Part shown: positions 50,504-64,000 of the stretch, in pieces
Layout of the letters: every line of letters starts with the position of its first letter
Numbering within the stretch: the first letter of the stretch is position 1
NCBI RefSeq assembly: GCF_964194025.1
Contig: NC_134470.1
Span: 42,284,001-42,348,000 of the forward strand
Origin: Convolutriloba macropyga
Lineage: Eukaryota
DNA: 64,000 nucleotides
Direction of reading: 5' to 3'
Notes under the pieces: generated by a model
The model's database searches: none
What the model was told of the DNA's origin: nothing
What the model saw: the letters and a program-made list of their open reading frames with translations, nothing else
Translations under genes and position numbers: made by a program

Positions 50504-52342
50504 AAATCACCAACAATCCAAATAAAAATCAGTCCCAGAATTCACACCAAATTTAAAAGAGCCTCCTCAAATTGGGTTTGGCGTGGCTAAAAATGCACAA
50601 GTTGTTCATGAAAAATGAGAAAATCTGAGAAGATAACTCCCCGAGGGAAGGCTTTCAAAATTTTTTCCGCTTTGAGTTTTAAACAGTGCGTCATTTAATT
50701 GAAACTGGGGAGCCACTAGTAGGAATGAAAAAGAGCATTTCCTGCCTTGAAGAGGGAATCAAAAGTACTGCCCGTGGACTTTTAAATAGATTCTGAGGCT
50801 ATTTTTTCAAACCTACAAGCAGTGGAAAATTACAAAAATAGATGGATCAAAATATTGGGAACGAATTTTGAAAGAGCGTAGGAAAATATTTGTAAAAATA
50901 TTTGTGAGATGTAAATTTTATTCAGCTCTGCTCTTAATACATTGAAGACTGTTCGTTTACCGATTAGAAATTGCTGCACACGTGTTTGTTCAATCGATAA
51001 AGCGCTTCTTCAGCATAATCGATGGCCTTACAAACACAGCAAAATTATTAAAAAGGAGCCAATTATTTACTTCATGGTGATAAAAACACCTTTGCGCAAA
51101 CAACAACTCAAAACCCCCGCCCCAAAAATATACATACATCACGTTTTCATTTCAAATAAACAAAACGGAATCCTGAGAAGAGAAAAAAGCGCGAGGAGTT
51201 TAATGCCTTCTGTTTTCAGCCGCGCCTAACTTACGGGCCGTTTGTGATTAAATTCACTAACAGTTACAGGGTAACACTAAACACGGGCGGGGAGGTGGTA
51301 TCGGTAGGCTTCTTTTGGAGATAAATTTAACGAAATTAAAAGAATATTTAAAGGGGTAATGGCAAAGAGGCCAATATTAAAATGCTTTTTTCCCTTTACA
51401 GATATCTACTTCAAACATCAATGTATACATAGTAATCAGTGATAAATAACCCTCGTTAGTATTCGAAACCTGGTCGCGCTGTAAAAAGTAAAAAGTAATT
51501 GAACATATATCAGCAAGGCTTCAGTTACCCGCATAATGGGAATATCAAATTACCTGTTCCCCTGGGTGATGGGCTACCGAATCTCCCATGTAAATTTCCA
51601 TTGCCCATGTTAATAGTGGGTAAAATGGGCTGTTTTTTCCATTTATTGGGTGGTAAAAAAAATTAATGTAGCTATCTGTTAATTCCAGTTGGATAAACGT
51701 AAAACTTTAAAATCTTTGAATCTTTAAAACTTTAAATCTTTAAAATGGAGGACAGATTTATATAGATGTTTATAAATAATCTGTTTTCATCGTGAAAAAA
51801 TTTGTGGCTTTTTGTCCGACTGATAACAGAATTTTGTTTGTTAGCAGGAGATATAAATTGAATTTGAAGTAATTACATTTTGGAATAATGTAAGCCCAGA
51901 AATGGCAACAGCAGCTGTATTAGTATTATTGATTCGTTTTTAACCACGCTCATTGTTGATTTGGGTTCCGACATTATTAATACGGAATTGTTCACTTTGG
52001 GAGTAAAGCAGTCTTAGTTGAGAAAAGACTGAAAACATCTGTTAAGTGCATTGAAATAATTCCTTCAGCTCAGTCTAACCAACCATCCATGAACAAAAGA
52101 AACGAGCAAAAGTATTGTTCAAATGCTCTGTGTGAATTGTTTGTTGGCTGTGTGTATGCGTATGCGCATATAAGCACACAACACAAAAATAATATACATT
52201 AAGTGACATTGAAAAATGGCAAAAATCTCAATAGTACCAAAATCAGCACATGGCTAATTTAATTTTCACTTTCCCTTAATACACACAAGTTAATAAAAAC
52301 ACAGAGCTGTTATTTTAGTTTTTGTTTAAAAACTGACCAAAG

Positions 52343-52690
52343 AATGGATATGATATGTAAATGCCCACTACCGGTGGCATTTTAGCCAATATCGCGTATG
52401 CCATACATTGAGGAATTACTAAGGCCGTCAGTATAAGTGCCGCGTTTAGATCTAGTAATAGGTTCGACTTGAACGAGTAATTTCTGAATGTTGGAAACAA
52501 TTGAAGGTTTCGCATCTTCCGGCAGAACCAGTGGAAGGGTGTCAGAACATAATAGCACGAAGATTTTTGGGGTTTATAATTGGCAGGGGCGTGGGCAACT
52601 GAGCCATTTGAAGACCTGCTACTGTAATCTCCAGTTTTTCCATGATTTCGTCCCAACAAACCGCTCGTGTAGTAAGCCGCTCGATTACAA
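52343..52690 (-). pseudogene. Near-identical partial duplicate of SLC26 exon 1
   Basis: Matches about 50117-50457 with 3 substitutions in about 330 bp. It lacks the native ATG and breaks off after ..VVGIYIS. Confidence 0.9.
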
Positions 52691-53038
52691 TGGGGAGGAG
52701 CCAAGGAGGAGGGGGGGGGGGGGGGGGTGTGTTGGGGTGGAAATGGGTGGGCTGACTAATGTGATGGTGATGGCGGGAGTAAGCGAAGGATTGGAAAAGG
52801 GATTAAATGAGTTGAGTAATTTTTAACCCTCTAATTTTGGCAGAGGTTCTGACTAGAATCTCTCACTGCTCTGAGATGTAAAGATATAAAGACAGTTCAG
52901 CCCAAATCAAAGCCATCATATTTTCGATGGCGGCAATTGGCCTGCATCATTTTTGGCTTGTAACGGGACTAGGAGAGCGTATAAGGATGTATTTACTATG
53001 CCTTTACTACCTGTTCCTTACCTCTGAATTTTGCAACG

Positions 53039-53302
53039 TGGCCGACAGGGCGTTTAGCCGACAACCAAAAAATGAGAAATTTAGCCGACAATATAAGTGA
53101 AATAAGCGATAAAATTAATTCTGAAGCTGTGATTGGCCAATTTAAATCACTATTATGTGAGCGGACAAATATACCGTCGAATAGCGTAACGAAGGTCTAT
53201 CAGTGGTCGGATATCCCCCCCCCATGATTGAGACTTTTTTGACCAATTATGATAAAACTGTCGGCAAAATTTTTCCTTGTCGGCTAAACGCCCTGTAGGC
53301 CA
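53039..53302. mobile_element. MITE with 26-bp TIRs
   Basis: tggccgacagggcgtttagccgacaa / ttgtcggctaaacgccctgtaggcca (1 mismatch). Confidence 0.85.
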
Positions 53303-54431
53303 ATTTTCCTAGCACCATTAATCCAACTGTAGACGTCTATTTTAGCACTGATTAAAGACAACGAAGTTCAAAAATATCATTTTTATACATGGTAGTAGCG
53401 TGTCAGCAAAATCCGCAATCAAATGATAGGTTGCAAGAGACAAAAATTGAAAGATCACGCACTACTATTGTGATCTATACATAGAAACCGATTAACTAAG
53501 GACACACCACATAGAATTTGCAGACATGATTCCTAGGAGAATAGGAAAAAAATAGAAATTCAAAAATACACTCATGAAGACATAGACGAGTAAGAATTGA
53601 ACCTCTTAAATATGTGTAACATTTCGCTGATGACCCCTGCTAATAAACCACAGTAGTTACATGACAATTTACTCATTGTCAAAATAACCAATGTGCAATA
53701 ATACCCAATTGATTACTTCTGAACTTTTCAATCAATAAACCGGTCAAAAGTTAGCATTCGGCCTTACAAGAATAATACAAGATTTATAATATTACACATT
53801 TCTCATGGAAAAATTGAACAAAGCTTTTGTTGTGTTTGACTTAAATTATGTTTGTATGGTTGTTTGTGAAAATTTAGTGCCGTATTTTGAGAATATTTTT
53901 AACTGAATTTTTAGTCTAACTATCTGGTAGGTATTTCATCTGTGGGGCATGTTTTCAATGAGATGAAAATTTTATTAGAAAAAATTGCTTCTTCTCTGCT
54001 TCTTACTTCTAGCGTGTTAACTGTTCGCTTCTTCAATTTCGTTTTGCAACTACTGCCTGTGTTTGTTTATAATAATTTTTGCAACTGATTGCGCTTGCTG
54101 AAATTCGAATTTGAGAGGAGTTTATTGAGAGGAGTGTTGCAAAAGAATTGACAGTGTAAGTGATTTAAAATCTGTCTACATAATATCCAAATGAGGAGGT
54201 AGTGATTTTTTTAACTACCGCTAATCCGAAATTTTTTCTGTTCACAACAAAAAACATAATTTCGCAAATTTGAAACACAAATTGGAGCATTCTACGCTAC
54301 GCACATACTCTCACAATCCGCTTAGTCTTAAAAATTCAAATACAATTTTTGAATCATTTATTTAGTGACAACGGGCGTCAAGTTTAAATATAGGAAAAGC
54401 TCAATTTTCGTTATGTGTCGCTGTTTGCATT

Positions 54432-54661
54432 NNNNNNNNNNNNNNNNNNNNNNNNNNNNNNNNNNNNNNNNNNNNNNNNNNNNNNNNNNNNNNNNNNNNN
54501 NNNNNNNNNNNNNNNNNNNNNNNNNNNNNNNNNNNNNNNNNNNNNNNNNNNNNNNNNNNNNNNNNNNNNNNNNNNNNNNNNNNNNNNNNNNNNNNNNNNN
54601 NNNNNNNNNNNNNNNNNNNNNNNNNNNNNNNNNNNNNNNNNNNNNNNNNNNNNNNNNNNNN
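54432..54661. other. Assembly gap (230 N)
   Basis: Run of N. Confidence 1.
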
Positions 54662-57029
54662 TTGTATATCAAATCCGTATATCAAATTTTGGATGAGTAC
54701 CTCTAAGTTTTTAACGAGTTTCACTAAACATGAGGGAATAAAAAACATCAGATCCTAGAGCAGCTCCTAAAACTTTTTCTTATCAAGTTATTCTTGATCA
54801 AACTATCAATTTCGCTTATGCTTTCGATTGACCATAGCTGGCATTTGTCTTTCCTGAGCTTCAAGCCTCAGTCTGCTCCTGATATTTTGGAATCACCAAC
54901 ACTTTAAACAGTTCGTTTCGATAGCTGCACTAATGCCGTCACCAATATACAGGCAACCAACAGTGTTGGGACCAGTTTGGTATTTTACTTTCATTTTTAT
55001 AAGTAAGAGATCAGGTGGCCACAGAAAACAAAAGTGGACCCAGTGGATCTACCTCTTGCTCACACCCGACTGAATGTCAACCGTTGAGCTAATGAAAAAC
55101 AAGTGCCTACGATGAGGGTAACAGAAGGAGGCAAAGGTTACTAAACTAGGGGATATTTTGAGTTGTTTTAGAGGCGTATTTTGTGATAGTTTCTTAACTT
55201 GTTCATGGTGCTTTAAAAATGGCCTTAAAATGGCCAAAAATGGACAGCAATGCTTATTTTGAAAGAGAAACTTTGGAAATTTGAAATTTGCACAGTGAAA
55301 CTCTCATACTGGACAGTGAAAATCTCATTGGCTTGATAGTCGTTTTTTGAAAATCTTGCGCCCTTTTTGTTAGTGAGCAATAACGTTTTTTGCAAATATT
55401 ACAAGTTCGGCAGTACTTGGGGTAAGGAAAAGACTGTGCCAAAACGTACATCGATTATTTATTCTTAAATATGTACAGTATACTTCATTCAGATCTCTCT
55501 ATTTAGTAAAAAAAAAACTATGCTATGCCTAAACTAGCGTCTGAAACATGCACATATCACCAGTAAACAAGATTTTGAACAAATTCTTTGAACAAATAAG
55601 AATGGTAGTCTAAATCTAAACCCCCCAAATCTACTAACCTTTTGCGACAGACAGAGCAGCCTGCTTTTGTATTCGTTCCTGTTGCTTGGTTGTAAACTCA
55701 AATGAACAGCGTGTTCTTGTACAGAATAGTCAACAAACTGTAACTACCTTTGGAACTATTCCTCAAAAGAACAAACGCAACTTGCGTCCTTTTCTCACTT
55801 GCACAACTTTTACAAAGATAGTTCGGAGGTATTTGGTGGAAAAGAACGAAGCATTGCTCAGTTTTCTTTGATTATTTAGTGTTTCACGGCCGCTCTCAAC
55901 TTTACCATGAAGGTCACCCAACTTTCTTTCTACTTGAGTCGGTCTAACAGCGGATTGTGGCTATTCAATCATGACACTTGTTAGTTCATAAACATTTACC
56001 ATTACGTAACACAGTAACACATTGGTTTGTCCATGATTTGGAAACAACATCTATAAATATGGACGTTGCAATTAATTAGGATCGCTGTTGTTAAATTGTT
56101 CTGGCTAAATCTAACAACTAAGACTCTATCGAACTTTGTTTAATCGATTTGATTGAAAAGTTTTATAGTTGCAATCGGGGTTGGATCTAACAAAATACAG
56201 TCATATACATTAACAATTGGTGGTATTAGCTCATATCAAATTTTACATTAGCAGAACCGGAAACTGATAAGACGCCATAACTTATGAATTTGTAGAAACA
56301 ACGAGACTTAAGTTCACACATTAACAGAAGATTCTCATATTGGAGTACACAATAACTGCCAATAAATACGATAACATATATTTGGCTCGTGTTACATGAA
56401 AAGGAAAATATGGCGGAATGTGGGTTTGTAATCACATTAGTTCACATAAATGATGAGATGGAACTGGCTTTCAGAAGAATTAGGACATTTGGAGGGCAAA
56501 TTACTGAACCTATTTATTTTGAATATTCTGCTATATGTCCTTGAAATACGCTCTTCTGCGCATCTGCAGTCTTTAGATCCATATATTGATTACATATAAC
56601 TCAAGTTGAATTGGTAAATTTATTCATTACAAAAAATAGAAAAAACTGGTTCCATGGACACCTATTTCAAATTCGAATTCCGCAAGCCAGCCGGTACCGA
56701 ACTACAAAGGGACCGCTTTCAACTCAACTATGATATCCGCAAAAGAATAATAATGCATGCCGCTCAAGCATATAGGAAATAACAATCACACAACAAAAAA
56801 TGTGAGGGACTAACCGAATGGGCGACAAATTTTGCCTACTAAATATACGATCCTAAATACGAAATTTTGATCAAAATGAATTTAGTTGAAAGACTTGCCA
56901 AAAAAACCACAGGTCTTTGTACTAACGGAAACATGGACTAGAGATGATCCAAACTGGAGCTTAGAAAAAATAACACTTTATTTATCCAAAAAATAATGTC
57001 AAGAGGTAAAATCATCAATGGTAGTGTAC

Positions 57030-60000
57030 GGTAATATAATAATAATAAGAATAATAATAGCTTTAAAGATAAAAAATACAGGTGGGTCAACAACAGAAAG
57101 TATTAATTAATCTTGTAATGCACTAAAGAAGGATCAACGAAAACGTACATCGCGCTCAGAAACAATTGCTTTTGCCACTTGGTACGTTTCGCAAAAATCT
57201 TTAGAAAAATTCTGTTTGATATGTGTTTTTACATCAAGTAGGGATATGTTTTCAACAAATTTTTGAACGTCGAATTTCATAAGGGAACCGTTGTATTTAA
57301 AAAACAGTTCTGCATGTATTTAGTTTTTGGTATCAGTTTGCAGTAGTAGCTGTTTGTTCGTTTGTTTCTAGTTACTTCGAAGGTTGGGTAATTAATTTTC
57401 CGAGATGCTTGTAAATGACCGCTAAATATTTTCCACATATGGAAGGTCCTTTTATATCTGAAAAATTCAGTTGCTGGCAATATTTTAACTTTTAATTTCA
57501 AATCTCTCGATGAATCACTTTTTTTCCGATAAGTAGGGTCTTTAAAGCGCAATTAAATTGTTTATCAAGTGAAAGTATCAGTTTTTGACTTATTTCTGAT
57601 AAAAGTACCAAAGAATAATGTAGATGGCTAAAAACTAGTGACTGTAGAAGAAGTAGGCGGGTCTGAAAGTCAAATGTTTTTTGAATTTCGGCAGTGGTTT
57701 TAATTCCGCATGCCATTCTTTTAAGAAGTTTCTTAACTTCTTGGAAATTTAAATGACGATTTTATGTATTCAATTATCTTACCGCCAACTTTAATTGACC
57801 CTCCGGTGGTGTTTTTATTCTTCTTTGTAATTACAATTAATTGAATTTTTCAGCAATAAGGTTTATTGAATGTATATTGAAGTAATCATGAGCTAATTTG
57901 CCAGATTCTTCAAGTCTTCGTAAGCATTTTTTCAAATCCTTATGTTCTGTGAAAAGTAGTGTGTCATCTGCGTAATGAACAATTTTACAGTTAGTTGGTA
58001 TGTTTTTTGACAGGTCATTTATGTAAAGATTAAATAGAAGTGGGCCGAATACTGTACCTTGAGGCACACCTTGATAAAGTTTTATCCAGTCGGATTTGAC
58101 GTTGTTAACAATGGGTTGTTGCCTACAATCTGTTATGAACTCAATCAGTAATTCAACAGCATTTTCACTAAAGTTCACGGAAATTAACCTTTTTTTCAAA
58201 GTGTTATGCTTGCTGGAATCAAAAGCTTTTGATAAATTGAGAAGATGAGTTGTGATGATCTTGTTATTGTCAATATCAAGTCGGAACGATTCGGTGCAAT
58301 ACAAAAGAGCATCAATTGTTGAATAGTTGTTTCTAAAACCGGATTGCGTTTCTGAAAAGCAGCGTTCGTTGTGCAAAAACTCAACGATTTGCTTTTGCAA
58401 CAGTCTCTCAAAACCTTTAGACAGAGCAGATGTTACTGAGATAGGTCTATGGTTTTCAGGGTTACCAGGATCATCTTTTTTGAACAGAGAATAACATATG
58501 CGGTTTTAAGGTTGTTGGGAAACCTCCTGTCACCGATGAAACTGTTAATGACGTTCGTTAAGTGTCCTACAGTTACATCATAACCATCTTTTAAGGCCCA
58601 TGGACGTATATTTGAGGTTTCTATTGGTTTTTGACTATTTAAAGACTTTATTTCTTTTTTTAGCTCGAATTCTGTAATGAATCAGAACCGAAACTGATTT
58701 TGTGCGCGTACTAGATGCAAGCTGTTAAAAGAATCCTTAAAATTTGCTGGTGCTAGCGTGTTTGTTTTACAGAAGAAGTCACCTAACCTGGAAAATTTAT
58801 AATTTATTAAATTTGCCATTTTAAAGTTTTCCGACACCTAATTACTAAAAGAATATCTTAGGCGAAAAAATTCTGTTGATATCTTTGTTATCTTTCTCAG
58901 AGAATTCAAAATTCTCCTTTTTTCTTTTGAGGAAGTGGGCAATTTAAATAAATTGTTAACCAAACCATCGCTTTGAAGCTTTAATTTTTTTTAATCATTT
59001 CTTATGAAAAGGCGTTTCATTAGCACATTTGTTTTTAATGCAAGAGTCATTATGCTGTTGAATTACTCGAGTTTATGATAAACATTGTCAACGCAATTTA
59101 AATATGCCTAATTCAATGACCTCAAAATTGTACAAAAAATTTCCTTCGAAAAATGTTTTTTTTTATCAAATTGTAACTTCGTGGTGGGCAATTTCTTGAG
59201 CTTCAATCTAAAATTAGAAAATAGTACCGTTGCAAGATGATTGATTTTTAAATAAGTGTTGAAATTTAAATTTTGGTCCTATGCCTGTCAGATGTATTGT
59301 CTGTAATGATATAATCATTTAATGAGTTAAATTGTTGTGTATTTGGCACAGATTGATTACATAATTGCAAGCTATCTGGCGTTAGAATTGTATATAATGA
59401 AGACTTTTGATTCATATTTAGATAATTAATTTTAAAATCGCCCATCAGAACAAATTTAAATCCTATTGTAGAAATTTTGTCAATAATGAAAACTAATTTA
59501 TCCAAAAAATTAGAACTCAAATGTTTTTGTGGATTGTAGAGTACGCCAACGATCAGTTTATTATTTGCAAGGGAGATTTCTAAAAACAGAGCTTCGAAGC
59601 TGGTGTTCATCTTCAAATCATTTCGATTTCTCGGTTTCAGATATTTAGGTACAATTAGCATGACAACAACACCTCTCTGTTTTGCTATTTGGCTTAAATT
59701 GCGGTCAGGTCTAAAGGAAACAAGTTTTTCACTGTCTAGTCTGGTATGGTTTGGTATCATTTTCCTATAGTCTGGTATCATTTTCCGAGGAAAGCCAGGT
59801 CTCTGTCAAACCTATAATTGTATTGTGCCCAAAATCTTTTAATAAAATTTTTAGATCTCCGCGTCTGCGATTTAGACTCCTGCCATTCAAAATTTTGAAC
59901 TTCAATTGATCTTCTGTCTGTTTAACATGTTTTAAGACATCAGCAACTAACAGGGCCTGGATTTTTCTCAATATCGCCAGATAGAATCAGTAGTAGTAAA

Positions 60001-60050
60001 ACACTTAAAGTTCGGATGCTAGCAGCAGCAAAGATGATGCAAATGTTCAA
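57030..60050 (-). mobile_element. Degenerate CR1/L2-group LINE (APE endonuclease plus RT)
   Basis: IIGLTETWL, LYNP, MGDFKIN, QSGFRNNYST, LSKAFDS, GVPQGTVFGPLLFNLYINDL and HYADDT; possible (TTA)n tail near 57035-57060. Confidence 0.9.
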
Positions 60051-60559
60051 ATGAATTTTTACGTACCAAGTGGCACAAAAAGAGGTAAAACTTATCATTG
60101 TTTGGTTTCACACTTTGAGACACATTATACTCTCACTGTTACAGTGCACAAGACATACATATTTATTATGGGTGCTGTTAGTTTGAAAAACTTCATTACA
60201 ATTTTTAAATGAAAAAAGTACGAAATATCTTTAAAGCGCAAGCCAACAAAAACTGAGAGCCTCTCATATAAGTGTAAATCGGCCTCCTAGTTGTCTTGGT
60301 TCCAAGTGCCTTATTCTTGATGTACCCAAAATGAAATTTCGTGACTCAATTTTGATTATTTTTGTCCTAAATCGAGGGGTTTTTTTTGCTCAACTACAGT
60401 TTTTTTAGGTAACATAAACTTTTTGTGGTCTGGTTTAGTGTTAGGTGTTGCACATGCTGAAGTCATCTCAATTCCACGTTCATCATCTGTTGATTGATTG
60501 CCCTCCTCGGTCGATAATTAGAAGATGATAAATTATTTTTGTTTTTGTTTAATGATAAC

Positions 60560-63500
60560 TTCAAAGAATGTATCTCTCATTTATGCCATTGCTTAAACCC
60601 TCTTGAAGTATAAGGAACTTCGAACATGCCATTGCGATGGAATTGATGGAGGTGTAGGAGTGTTTTTATCAGACAAAACTTAAAATAATAAAGACGATTA
60701 GGAGCAGTATTTGAAATATACAAACTATAAGTGAAAAAGTTGAAAACAGAAAATAGACATTTGTAAATACAAGTGTATATAAATAACTAATTGAAGCTCT
60801 AAATTATTCAATTGACGCATTTTTATTTTTGTAGCGGACCACATTATGTCATAGGATGTGAAAAAATATGCAACATATGATTAGATAAAAACAATAACAT
60901 ATAATTAGTTGCGATTTTTATAAAGATCTATTACGCAATAACAAAACAGATTAATATTAGTCCAATAGCTGTCATATTTTTAAATAAGGCGAATTTAGTA
61001 ACACGTGAAGCTCCTGTGTCCTATGTCTCAAACAGAAACAGATTTGTTTTCAAAAAAGATTGTTGCTTTAATAAAAAAGCATATTGGAGCACTATTCTGC
61101 TTTTTCTAAATTAATCAGCTCCCAGCAGATTATTTTCACACAAAAGAGCACTTTTTAAATATCAAAGCAACCCCACAAGCTTAAAAATGTGTAAATCGGA
61201 GAAAAACATATACTAATATGTATTACTCATGCTGAAGGAAAATTATTATAAAACTGATAGCAAAGAGCGCAAAGATAAAAGATAGGAATGGTTACAAGAG
61301 ATAATCGGGTTACTACTAGGGTAAAAGAGTGGCAGCCGAAAACCGATAAGTTACTTCAGCATTGAAAGTTAAATAAAATTGATGAGTTCAAAAGAAATAA
61401 AGAACAGGGAAGTAGGTAGTAAAGGTAAAGATGCACGTAAATTAGCTAAAAACAATTTTCCATGAACGGAAGATAAGAGATGAAGCTAGTAAAAAGTCAT
61501 TGTTCAGTCTAGTAAAAAAATGTTTTGATCTGGTCCCGCAATTGAAGAGCAGCAACATTTGCAAAACGCTTTCAAGTTTTTAAAAAAATTTATGCAATCT
61601 ATTATGCTTGCAGACAAGACTCTCGCTGATATTTATGAAACAAAAGAAGGTCTGCATAACAAAAGATCTGAGGATATATTTGATACGGACTTTGCAACAG
61701 TGAAAACTGACCTCATGTTCTTATATCAAGTATTATCCTAAAATTTTGAAAGAGGCTCAGGTGTTATCTTTCCATAAGAAAGGTTGCAGAACGAACCGAA
61801 ACATATTCACACCAATATTCTTTTGCCGATACATGGCCAATTGTTTGAAAAATTAATCACTGCGGGTTCAGAAGTAAAAGAAATACTATCGATGCAATTG
61901 CTCAAAACGCAAGAAAATATGCAACATAACAAAAACAATAATGAATCATCATATTGTGCGTTTGGAATATCTGGTGTTTCTGTTCCCAATTAGTACTTAT
62001 TTGAAAACAATTGTTTGTTTCCGTGGAAGACTTTCTTTCAGAAACCAGAGACATTGAACTTGATGTTCCTCAGGGGTCAGTGATGGGAGCATTTCTCTAA
62101 TTCATTTATATTAATGATCTTCCGATTGTGTGAAAAAAGACTAATATAACCCTATTTGCCGTTGATACATCGAATTTCTGCTCTCTATAAGAAGGACACA
62201 AGAATATAGAACAAGATTTCTATTAATTTGCAACTGTAGGGAGGAAACTCCAATGAATACAAATCAACGCAAAGGTACAGTCTAAACGACGTAAGGTACC
62301 TATAAACACTAATAAAATTTTTCATATTAAACAAACAAACTATTAAATATTTAAGTGTAATTTGGACCAAGAGATTGCAGAATAATTAGAAGGAATGAAA
62401 GGTAAATAAAATTGATGAGTTCAAAAGAAATAAAGTACAGGGAAGTAAGTAATAAAGGTAAAGATGCACGTAAATTAGCTAAAAAACAATTTTCCATGAA
62501 CGGAAGATAATAGATGAAGCTAGTAAAAAGTCACTGTTCAGTCTAGTAAAAAAAATGTTTTGACCTGGTCCCGCAATTGAAGAGCAGCAACATTTGCAAA
62601 ACGCTTTCAAGTTTTTAAAAAATTTTCGACAATCTATTATGCTTGCAGACAAGACACTCGCTGGTATTTATGAAACAATAGAAGGTCTGCATAACAAAAG
62701 ATCTGAGGATATATTTGATACGGACTTTGCAACAGTGAAAACTGACCTCATGTTCTTATCTCAAGTATTATCCTAAAATTTTGAAAGAGGCTCAGGTGTT
62801 ATCTTTCCATAAGAAAGGTTGCAGAACGAACCGAAACATATTCACACCAATATTCTTTTGCCGATACATGGCCAATTGTTTGAAAAATTAATCACTGCGG
62901 GTTCAGAAGTAAAAGAAATACTATCGATACAATTGCTCAAAACGGAAGTAAATATGCGATATAACAAAAACAATAATGAATCATCATATTGTGCGTTTGG
63001 AATATCTGGTGTTTCTGTTCCCAATTAGTACTTATTTGAAAGAAAACAGTTTGTTTCCGTGGAAGTCTTTCTTTCAGAAACCAGAGAAATTGAACCTGAT
63101 GTTCCTCAGGGTTCAGTACTGGGAGCATTTCTCTAATTCATTTATATTAATGATCTTCCGATTGTGTGCAAAAAGACTAATATAACCCTATTTGCCGTTG
63201 ATACATCGAATTTCTGCTCTCTATAAGAAGGACACAAGAATATAGAACAAGATTTCTACTAATTTGCAACTGGAGGGAGGAAACTCCAATGAATACAAAT
63301 CAACGCAAATATACAGTCTAAACGACCTAAGGTACCTATAAACACTAATAAAATTTTTCATATTAAACAAACAAACTATTAAATATTTAAGTGTAATTTG
63401 GACCAAGAAATTGCAGAATAATTAGAAGGAATAACAATGAAGTTGAAACGGGTAACAATTTGTTTCTACAATTTCAAAAAATTTCTCAGTCTTGCAACTC

Positions 63501-63800
63501 TGGCACTCTTGAACAAAAATTTGTTCAAACCATTCTGCAAAAGGGAGCCTTAGTGTATAGAACTGCGAAAAAACTGAACTTGAGAAGACTAACCGGTGAC
63601 AAGACAATATCTTCCAAATTATTTTTGTTCTTAAAACGATTAACGCACATGAACTCCGTCTCCCTGAGTTCAATAAGGTTCGTTCCAGGGTTCCTAGACA
63701 AGATTCGCCCATTTTTTTTTTGAAAAAATGCGATTACAAGTTTGAAATAAAGGGGCCAGAAGAATTAAACTTAAATTTTAAGCAAATACGACAGCAAACA
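60560..63800 (+). mobile_element. Highly degenerate CR1/L2-group LINE
   Basis: GGVGVF (APE), LPIHGQLFEKLI, VPQGSVMG..FIYINDLP and LFAVDT. Confidence 0.7.
61363..63432. repeat. Head-to-tail tandem duplication of about 1.03 kb (61363-62395 / 62396-63432)
   Basis: Colinear copies, about 95% or more identical by eye. Confidence 0.95.
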
Positions 63801-64000
63801 ATTAAAAAACACCTTTGGCAATGCGAGAGAATAAATTATTGAAATATGTTTCAAAGCTGGAAATCAACAACATTAAAGTTTGAATAACGCTATCAGAAAA
63901 ACATTTTTCAACGTTTTTACATAAACTGAGGGATAAATACTTACAGGGAAACGAATTCCTTTTCAAACGATTCTGGCAGAGGTCGGTTAAATCTTTATGT

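Noticed and set aside
54358-54748. ORFs spanning the N run
   Set aside because: Artefacts of the assembly gap.

Overview
AT-rich, repeat-dense eukaryotic (invertebrate animal-like) genomic DNA with one assembly gap (54432-54661). The only host gene I can support is a 4-exon SLC26/SulP anion transporter (prestin/pendrin-like) on the minus strand. Its exons are 50503-49245, 33831-33599, 29119-28446 and 14311-14102; they have GT-AG introns with matching phases and join into a 791-aa ORF with a STAS domain. The ORF track shows these exons only as unrelated pieces. The introns and flanks hold decayed mobile DNA: (i) a Mag-like Ty3/Gypsy LTR element with both LTRs, a 5-bp TSD and a tRNA-Ser-type PBS (4721-11041); (ii) a fossil Polinton/Maverick with packaging ATPase, integrase, minor and major capsid and cysteine protease relics in intron 1; (iii) a CRE-like RLE non-LTR element in a 3-kb head-to-tail duplication; (iv) two CR1/L2-group LINEs; (v) at least 7 co-oriented copies of a DINE-1/HINE-like element; (vi) several TIR elements, some sharing a central tRNA-like A/B-box core. 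Local tandem duplications are common, and several junctions carry templated filler. All family assignments come from motif recognition by eye, not database searches.
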